The notes under the pieces are model-generated. The model did no database searches. It had not been told where the DNA came from and worked only from the letters and a program-made list of their open reading frames with translations. A program made the position numbers and the translations under genes. A DNA stretch of 39,147 nt from an uncultured Candidatus Bathyarchaeia archaeon (GTDB lineage Archaea; Thermoproteota; Bathyarchaeia; Bathyarchaeales; Bathyarchaeaceae), in the NCBI GenBank assembly GCA_964347855.1, contig CAYGAE010000003.1, forward strand, positions 1 to 39,147. The letters run 5' to 3'. Positions 33,221-39,147 of this stretch are shown one piece after another. Position 1 is the stretch's first letter, and each line of letters begins with the position of its first letter.

Positions 33221-35678
33221 AGACCCACGCATAGGAGTTTTCATTTGCCATTGCGGTCTCAACATCGCAGGCGTGATCGACATAGATGACCTTGAAAAAT
33301 ACGCCAAAACGTTGCCCAACGTGGTTTACACTAAACAGAACCGCTACACGTGCGCCGATCCTGGACAAGAAGAAATCAGGAAGGCGGTAAAGGAGCACAA
33401 TCTGAACCGCGTGGTTGTCGCAGCCTGTTCACCACGGTTGCATGAACCCACCTTTCGCAGAACCGTCTCCGAAGCGGGATTAAACCCGTTTTACTATGAG
33501 ATGGCCAACATAAGGGAGTTCTCGTCATGGTGTCACCCAAGCATGCCGGAGGGTGCAACAGAAAAGGCGAAGGACATCGTAAAGATGGCTGTCGCCAAGG
33601 CAAGACTGCTCCAAAGTCTCGAAACCCTCGAAGTTCCGGTGACGAATAAGGCTCTAATCCTAGGCGGCGGAATCGCTGGAATAAGTGCTGCCCTGGACCT
33701 CGCTGGCATGGGTTTCAAGGTGTATCTTGTTGAGAAGGGGGAAAGCATTGGCGGTCACATGGCACAGCTGGACAAGACCTTTCCCACGCTAGACTGTTCC
33801 ATATGTATCGAAGGACCAAAAATGGTAGACGTCTCCCGCCACCCCAACATCGAAATAATATCATACGCCGACATCTTAAGCGTAAACGGTTTCGTGGGCA
33901 ACTTCAAAGTCAAGATACGAAAAAACCCTAGATACGTCATAGCCGACAACTGCACCGGCTGTGGCGAATGCCGCGACGTCTGCCCCATAGAGTTCCCCAA
34001 CGAATGGGACATAAACATGGGCGTGAGGAAGGCAATCTCGATCCCCTTCGATCAAGCAGTTCCCCTTGTCTACACAATCAATATGGACTATTGTATAGAA
34101 TGCTACAAGTGCGTAGACGCTTGTGGCGCCCGCCAAGCCATCAACTTCGACCAAAAGCCAGACGAAATCGAACTTGAAGTTGGCACTATCATAGTGTCAA
34201 CCGGATTTGACATCTATACACCCTACGACGACAGCCGATACGGCTACGGCAGATACGACAACGTCATCACAGCGCTAGAATTCGAAAGGCTAATCTTAGC
34301 GGCCGGTCCAACCGGTGGAAAGGTTGTGCGTGCCTCTGACGGGAAGAAGCCACACACCGTAGTCTTCATCCAGTGCGTAGGCTCCAGAGACGTCAACAAA
34401 TACGAGTACTGTTCAGGCTTCTGCTGCATGTACTCACTGAAGAACGCGATATTACTCAAGGAGAAATACCGTGAAGACGTCGAAGTCTACATTCTCTACA
34501 TCGACATGAGAACCCACTTCAAAGGCTACGAAGAATTCTACAGAAGAGCCCGCGAGCTAGGAATCAACTTCATCCGGGGAAAGGCATCCAAGATTCTAGA
34601 AAACCAGACGACAAAGAATCTAATCATACGCGCAGAAGACATGGCCCTTGGGGAACCAATCGAACTAGAAGCAGACCTCGTGGTCCTAAGCACAGCAGCC
34701 ATTCCAAACAAAGACTCAGGTGACATGGCGAGAGTCCTAAATATCACGCGAGGGTCAGACGGCTTCTTTATGGAGAGCCACCCAAAGCTCAAACCCGTCG
34801 ACACCCCAGTAGACGGAATCTTCCTGGCAGGAGCCTGCCAAGGACCCAAAGACATCCCGTACAGCGTCTCCCAAGGAAGCGGAGCCGCCGCCAGAGCAGC
34901 AACCATCCTCTCTCAACCAACTTGGAAGATCGAACCCATCATCGCAGTAGTGAACCCAGATAGATGCCGAAATATAAACGCCAAATGCGGCATTTGCGCG
35001 CAGAGGTGCCCATACGGAGCCATAGAAGCCCCTGAAGGACATCCAGCTCATGTCACAACCGCTATGTGCCATGGTTGCGGAACTTGTGTCGCCGAATGCC
35101 CCGCCGACGCCATCACTCAGATGCACTTCACGGACGCCCAAATTACGGCGCAGATTCAATCCGCTTTAGAAGAAAATCCTGAGGACAAGATCCTCGCTTT
35201 CCTATGCAACTGGTGTAGTTATGCTGGCGCCGACCTTGCAGGTACGAGTCGTTTTGAGTATCCACCAACAATACGGGCAATACGAGTGATGTGCTCAGGA
35301 CGTGTGGATCGAGATTTCGTTATGGAAGGTTTTAGACGGGGAGCTGGCATGGTTCTAGTGGCTGCTTGCCACCTGCCCTACGACTGCCACTACATCTCCG
35401 GCAACGTGAGAATGAAAGCGAGGATGGAAGCGCTAGCAAAGATGTTGGAAAAACTGGGGCTAAGCTCCGAAAGGTTTAGAATAGAATATATATCGGCGGC
35501 GGAAGGAGTAAAATTCGCCGAATTGATCAGGGAAATGACTGAACAAATGGAGACCCTTGGAAAAGAAAAGATCAAAGCAGAAAACACGAAACTGGGACCG
35601 ACACTCGAAAAGATGCTCTCAAGAAAAAAGGATACAACAAGGGCTCTTAAAACCCCGAAGGCCCTTATACAACACTAA
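33213..35678 (+). CDS. hdrA: HdrA-MvhD fusion protein (full complement of canonical motifs)
   Basis: DPRIGVFICHCGLNIAG, ILGGGIAGISAALDLAGMG, QLDKTFPTLDC, CTGCGECRDVCP, CIECYKCVDAC, FIQCVGSRD, CSGFCC, CGICAQRCP, CHGCGTCVAECP, and an HFTDAQITAQI tail. The MvhD domain follows (FLCNWCSYAGADLAG...VMCSGRVD...ACHLPYDCHY). GGAGGTG lies upstream of ATG 33213. Confidence 0.9.
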   Translation: MPEDPRIGVFICHCGLNIAGVIDIDDLEKYAKTLPNVVYTKQNRYTCADPGQEEIRKAVKEHNLNRVVVAACSPRLHEPTFRRTVSEAGLNPFYYEMANIREFSSWCHPSMPEGATEKAKDIVKMAVAKARLLQSLETLEVPVTNKALILGGGIAGISAALDLAGMGFKVYLVEKGESIGGHMAQLDKTFPTLDCSICIEGPKMVDVSRHPNIEIISYADILSVNGFVGNFKVKIRKNPRYVIADNCTGCGECRDVCPIEFPNEWDINMGVRKAISIPFDQAVPLVYTINMDYCIECYKCVDACGARQAINFDQKPDEIELEVGTIIVSTGFDIYTPYDDSRYGYGRYDNVITALEFERLILAAGPTGGKVVRASDGKKPHTVVFIQCVGSRDVNKYEYCSGFCCMYSLKNAILLKEKYREDVEVYILYIDMRTHFKGYEEFYRRARELGINFIRGKASKILENQTTKNLIIRAEDMALGEPIELEADLVVLSTAAIPNKDSGDMARVLNITRGSDGFFMESHPKLKPVDTPVDGIFLAGACQGPKDIPYSVSQGSGAAARAATILSQPTWKIEPIIAVVNPDRCRNINAKCGICAQRCPYGAIEAPEGHPAHVTTAMCHGCGTCVAECPADAITQMHFTDAQITAQIQSALEENPEDKILAFLCNWCSYAGADLAGTSRFEYPPTIRAIRVMCSGRVDRDFVMEGFRRGAGMVLVAACHLPYDCHYISGNVRMKARMEALAKMLEKLGLSSERFRIEYISAAEGVKFAELIREMTEQMETLGKEKIKAENTKLGPTLEKMLSRKKDTTRALKTPKALIQH

Positions 35679-35679
35679 A

Positions 35680-36117
35680 TCACATGATACTTACATTTTG
35701 TATTTCGAAATATCGTTTCGCCAAAAATCGGATTCGTTCAGCGTTTCTCCCATTCTTGCCGATGGCGATCCCTTTATCCCTCGGGTTTACAGAAACCACA
35801 GCAATGGTTTTCCCGTCTGGGCGTTCAGTTATGCGTATCTCCTTCACCCGAGCCGGTTTTAGAGCATTCTTGATGAATTGAGCTGGATTTTCTGCGTGTT
35901 CGATGACTTCATGCTTTTTGCCAGTCATTCTCTCTAGGAGACGGATGTTTTTGCCTCGTCTTCCTATGGCCATTCCTACCTCTCCTTCCTTTACAACAAA
36001 GATTATTCGGTTCAGATCGTCGTCGACTATGCAGTCCCTTACAGCTGCGCCGGTTATGCTTTCAAATAAGGCTATGAACCGCATCTCATGACTTGTCAAC
36101 TTGATTCCGCTAGACAT
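35680..36117 (-). CDS. nusA: Archaeal NusA-like transcription factor (two KH domains)
   Basis: 145 aa with GMAIGRRGKNIRLLE and GIAIGKNGRNAERI KH GXXG motifs, in the conserved position downstream of rpl30e. Confidence 0.9.
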   Translation of the reverse strand: MSSGIKLTSHEMRFIALFESITGAAVRDCIVDDDLNRIIFVVKEGEVGMAIGRRGKNIRLLERMTGKKHEVIEHAENPAQFIKNALKPARVKEIRITERPDGKTIAVVSVNPRDKGIAIGKNGRNAERIRFLAKRYFEIQNVSIM

Positions 36118-36421
36118 TCGGCGCCTCCCTTAGCTTCAATATGTCTGAGTCTCCAGGTTCTCTTATTGTTAGCGCTGAGATCATGAAAGGTTTTCCGCAC
36201 ACTGCACCCAAGTCCGTGCTGGAGCCTTTGTAAATGACCGCCGGAACGTTGGAAAGCTTACAATAATGTTCAATGTCCCGACGACTACGTGGTGGACAGT
36301 TTGAAGCAACAATTATTAGCTTGGCCTTTCCAGTCTTCGCAATATTTATGGCGTTCTTAGCTCCAAATAGAATCTTCCCAGTCTTCACCGTTGTGGCAAT
36401 AGCCTTGTTTACGTCAATCAC
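36110..36421 (-). CDS. rpl30e: Ribosomal protein eL30 (L30e)
   Basis: 103 aa: TGKILFGAKNAINIAKTGKAKLIIVASNCPP...VPAVIYKGSSTDLGAVCGKPF. The GTG start overlaps the rpoA stop (GTGA). Confidence 0.9.
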   Translation of the reverse strand: MIDVNKAIATTVKTGKILFGAKNAINIAKTGKAKLIIVASNCPPRSRRDIEHYCKLSNVPAVIYKGSSTDLGAVCGKPFMISALTIREPGDSDILKLREAPNV

Positions 36422-39147
36422 TTCTTCTCCTCTCGATCCGCCGTTGACATGTAAAGGTCGACCAAGCCTGTGCCGATGGGGATAGACTGACCCACTATAA
36501 CATTTTCAGTAACCCCTTTCAACGGATCAGTTTCTCCTTTGATAGCTGCGTCGACTATGTTGGGAATGGTGATTTCAAAGGCTGCTCTGGCAAGAACACT
36601 GGCTTTTTCTCCACTAATCCCGTGTCTCCCGATCTGCCGCACATCACCGGTGGCGGTCATGATGTCCGCCACTAGCATCACGTGTCGTACGTCCACATCA
36701 AGGCCTTGTTCCTCAAGAACACCCAAAGCCTCATCGATTATAGAGTTTCTTGCCGCCTCTACGCCGAGTGTGGAAGCGATCTCGTGGACATGGTTGGTGA
36801 TAGTTCGCGTGGGGTCAATACCAGAAACTTCTAAGACCCTTGGCAAGTTAGAGCCATCGGTTCGTATGACCCATTCTCCTTCCTCTTCGGTGACGAGAAC
36901 TCTGCTGATGCCTTGTGCACCTTTGACATGCTGTGAAGAAACCCTCTCAAGAAACTTCTTGAGATTTGTGGATTTCTTTGGTTTCATGACTAACTGCTTT
37001 CCTTTAAGCTTCAGAGTACAATTTGATACACGTAACAGGTTCGGCAACTCGTCCAACTCAACGCCCCGTTCTTCCAATACTGGGGGGTTAAGTTCTACGA
37101 TGACTGCCTCTTGTTCTTGGTCTATGTATGGCATAACCTCCGCAATATCCTCTAGGGTTGTACAGATAATGTTACGCGCAATCTCAGTGGCCTTCTCCTT
37201 GCTCTTCCGATGCTCCTTGTCAAGGTAAATGGTCATGATAGGAGTGGAAGGAACTCTTCGGGCGTCCACTATTTCAATAAGGCGTGGCAAGCCTAAGGTT
37301 ACGTTTTGTTCTCTAACTCCAGCATAGTGAAACGTCCGAAGAGTCATCTGAGTACCTGGTTCACCCATCGACTGGGCGGCCACTATTCCAACAGCCTCGC
37401 CAGGTTCAACGAGCGCTCTTCTATAATTTTCCACAGTCAGATCGATTGCTTGGTCTACGCCTTGACGGCTGAGCTTGGCTTTGTGCAACTCTTTTCTAAG
37501 TTCTTTCTCCAGAAGTGGGGTTAGCTCAGCTTCGACCTCCTTTAGGCGTTCCTTGACATACGGGTTCGATGCAGATTTACCCTTCTTCAACATGATCTGA
37601 ATTTGTTCGATTATCCTGCTCACGTTTACGGCTTTTCCATGATCGCTCTTGGCGGGGTCAACGCCGTCTTCTCCGTACCTGAACTGAATGATGTCTCCAA
37701 CCGAGTTTCGAACGGTTCCGTCGTATTCGATTCGTAGATGTTCTAGGGCGTTTATGAGTCGCCTCTGCATGTATCCACTTTGCTGCGTTCGGACAGCAGT
37801 ATCTACAAGTCCTTCCCGTCCGCCCATGGCATGGAAGAAGAACTCAATGGGGTCTAGCCCTTCTCGATAGGAAGAATATACAAAGCCTCTAGCCTTGGGA
37901 GAGGGATCGCCCCTTTTGAAGTGAGGTAAGGCTCGATCTACGTACCCACGCACTATCCTTTTGCCACGCACAGACTGCTGACCTACACATGCCGCCATTT
38001 GACCTATGTTAAGACTGGACCCCCTAGCGCCTGTCCTTGTCATGATCATGCCTGAATTATCTATGCTGAAGTCTTCATCGGCAATGCTTCCTGCTTTATC
38101 TCTTGCCTGAGCCAGCTCGTTCATAACGTAAATCTCAAACGATTCGTCAAGGGTCTGCCCTGGAAGCCTTTCCAGTTTGCCGCTTTTATAGGACTCTATA
38201 AGTTCGTCTATTCGACCTTCAAACCTCTGCACATTTTTGTCAATCTTCCCTTGAGCAGATTGAGATAGTTCAAGTTCGTCAAAAGAGAAGGTGAAGCCGC
38301 GCATGGTCATGAAAAGTTTTAGAAGTTGGCAGACGCTATTTAGAAACCTGCGTCCTGCGTGAGCACCGTAATCCTTTATTATTCTATGAAGAAGGCTTTC
38401 CGACTGCTCTGCACCGATTGAACGTCTGTCAATGACGCCTGACTTCAAGACGCCGTCTTTGACCACCACGTAGGCGTCGTGTGGACATTCTCCACGTTTG
38501 CAAGTGGGGCAGTTGATACAGATGCTCGATTTTAAGGCATAGTTCAAGTCCGCTGGGAACATGAGACTAAATATTTGCTTGCCAGTCCAGAGCGGTTCGG
38601 GCTTTTTTCTTTCGGGTTCAGGTAGAGGTCCTTCATAGGCAGCGGCCACTAGGAGTCTGCAAACTTCTTCTTTCTTAAGACGGGTTGATTTACGAGTGAA
38701 AAGGTAAGCAGCTGTTATGAAGTCGCGAATTGCCCCTATGATAGGCCCTCCAAATCTTGGTGAAAGAATCTGGTCCTGAACCTGCATAAGGATGCGTGCT
38801 TCGGTCTGCGCTTCTTCGCTTTGCGGTATGTGGAGGTTCATTTCATCTCCATCAAAGTCAGCGTTGTAGGGGGGGCAAACGCAAAGATGCAGTCGAAAGG
38901 TTTTGTGTGGTAAAACTCGAACGTAGTGTGCCATGATAGACATCCGGTGAAGAGATGGCTGCCTATTGAAAATGGCGCTGTCTCCGTCTTTGATGTGACG
39001 TTCCAAGATGAAGCCCGGCTCTAGGGCTTCTGCGACCTTTTCTCGGTCAACGACGAATTCCAGTCTTATACGCTTACCATCCGGTCTTACAACATAAAGG
39101 GAGCCAGGATACTTCTCAGGACCGTTGTTCACCAGTTCTCGCATCAT
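36418..39147 (-). CDS. rpoA: DNA-directed RNA polymerase largest subunit, A' C-terminal part continuous with A'' (unsplit); 5'-truncated by the window edge
   Basis: Contains the catalytic NADFDGDEMN (38845-38865), NRQPSLHRMS, the bridge-helix region GLVDTAVRTQQSGYMQRRL, then with no intervening stop the A''-type trigger-loop region EPGEAVGIVAAQSMGEPGTQMTLRTFHYAGV, and a C-terminus ending GQSIPIGTG. The frame is open to base 39147. Confidence 0.9.
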   Translation of the reverse strand: MMRELVNNGPEKYPGSLYVVRPDGKRIRLEFVVDREKVAEALEPGFILERHIKDGDSAIFNRQPSLHRMSIMAHYVRVLPHKTFRLHLCVCPPYNADFDGDEMNLHIPQSEEAQTEARILMQVQDQILSPRFGGPIIGAIRDFITAAYLFTRKSTRLKKEEVCRLLVAAAYEGPLPEPERKKPEPLWTGKQIFSLMFPADLNYALKSSICINCPTCKRGECPHDAYVVVKDGVLKSGVIDRRSIGAEQSESLLHRIIKDYGAHAGRRFLNSVCQLLKLFMTMRGFTFSFDELELSQSAQGKIDKNVQRFEGRIDELIESYKSGKLERLPGQTLDESFEIYVMNELAQARDKAGSIADEDFSIDNSGMIMTRTGARGSSLNIGQMAACVGQQSVRGKRIVRGYVDRALPHFKRGDPSPKARGFVYSSYREGLDPIEFFFHAMGGREGLVDTAVRTQQSGYMQRRLINALEHLRIEYDGTVRNSVGDIIQFRYGEDGVDPAKSDHGKAVNVSRIIEQIQIMLKKGKSASNPYVKERLKEVEAELTPLLEKELRKELHKAKLSRQGVDQAIDLTVENYRRALVEPGEAVGIVAAQSMGEPGTQMTLRTFHYAGVREQNVTLGLPRLIEIVDARRVPSTPIMTIYLDKEHRKSKEKATEIARNIICTTLEDIAEVMPYIDQEQEAVIVELNPPVLEERGVELDELPNLLRVSNCTLKLKGKQLVMKPKKSTNLKKFLERVSSQHVKGAQGISRVLVTEEEGEWVIRTDGSNLPRVLEVSGIDPTRTITNHVHEIASTLGVEAARNSIIDEALGVLEEQGLDVDVRHVMLVADIMTATGDVRQIGRHGISGEKASVLARAAFEITIPNIVDAAIKGETDPLKGVTENVIVGQSIPIGTGLVDLYMSTADREEKK

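Noticed and set aside
4887-35678. Selenocysteine (in-frame TGA) in HdrA, MvhD or MvhA, as in some methanogens.
   Set aside because: All these ORFs are continuous with Cys at the relevant motif positions. No in-frame TGA needs to be read through.
1291-37870. About 100 short ORFs (60-229 aa) from the six-frame track nested inside or antisense to the large genes. Examples are 1443-1790, 7952-8389, 9273-9599, 19239-19616, 20428-20880, 20968-21459, 24638-25048, 32973-33398, 34755-35159 and 36539-37228.
   Set aside because: All lie within longer ORFs that have strong family motifs. Their sequences are compositionally odd (Ser/Arg/Leu/Pro-rich), typical of shadow frames, and none shows a recognisable motif.
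1-39147. Search for CRISPR arrays, tRNA/rRNA genes, IS elements, integrases, toxin-antitoxin or other defence cassettes.
   Set aside because: I saw no spaced direct-repeat arrays, no tRNA-like T-arm/acceptor patterns in intergenic regions, and no transposase- or integrase-like ORFs. The only AbrB/RHH-type small genes lack adjacent toxin partners. This was by-eye inspection only, so a tRNAscan/Infernal/ISfinder run is still advisable.

Overview
This window is archaeal chromosomal DNA. The evidence is an rpoA - rpl30e - nusA(KH-only) block at the 3' end, AT-rich TATA-like promoters, and GGAGG-type ribosome-binding sites with many 4-8 nt start/stop overlaps. No rRNA, tRNA, CRISPR array, transposase or integrase was recognised.

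About 33 kb (2.9-35.7 kb) is an unusually dense redox island built from heterodisulfide-reductase (Hdr) parts. By my count it holds:
- seven HdrA-type flavin modules in six genes
- six MvhD-type domains: two stand-alone, four fused, one of them Cys-less
- only two HdrC/HdrB pairs
- one group-3c-like [NiFe] hydrogenase (MvhG/MvhA) plus a maturation protease
- three NAD(P)H-type input modules: a GltD-like protein with a grafted HdrA-style ferredoxin tail, an NfnA/NfnB-like pair, and a thioredoxin-reductase-like protein
- one polyferredoxin

The most novel-looking elements are:
1. Two tandem genes at the head of the NAD(P)H-Hdr operon. Each encodes a ribbon-helix-helix domain fused to a glycine-cleavage-H-like domain whose lipoyl-lysine is replaced.
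2. An MvhD fused to a winged-helix domain.
3. A tandem (double) HdrA that reappears 17 kb away as two separate genes, with MvhD fused, directly coupled to nfnAB.
4. An HdrA whose MvhD domain has lost every cluster cysteine, paired with a TrxR-like gene.

A small accessory islet (12.2-16.5 kb) separates the Hdr operons. It carries AbrB-PhoU, a solo AbrB ORF, a TauE/SafE permease preceded by a tandem palindromic operator, a VIT-like membrane protein, an Lrp ligand-domain ORF with no canonical start codon, and a long non-coding spacer with a perfect G-quadruplex motif and a (GC)8 tract.

The RNA polymerase largest subunit appears unsplit, with A' and A'' in one frame.

Lineage is only inference: an anaerobic, H2/NAD(P)H-using archaeon, possibly of the TACK/Bathyarchaeia or Asgard type. 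No methanogenesis marker (mcr) is present in the window.
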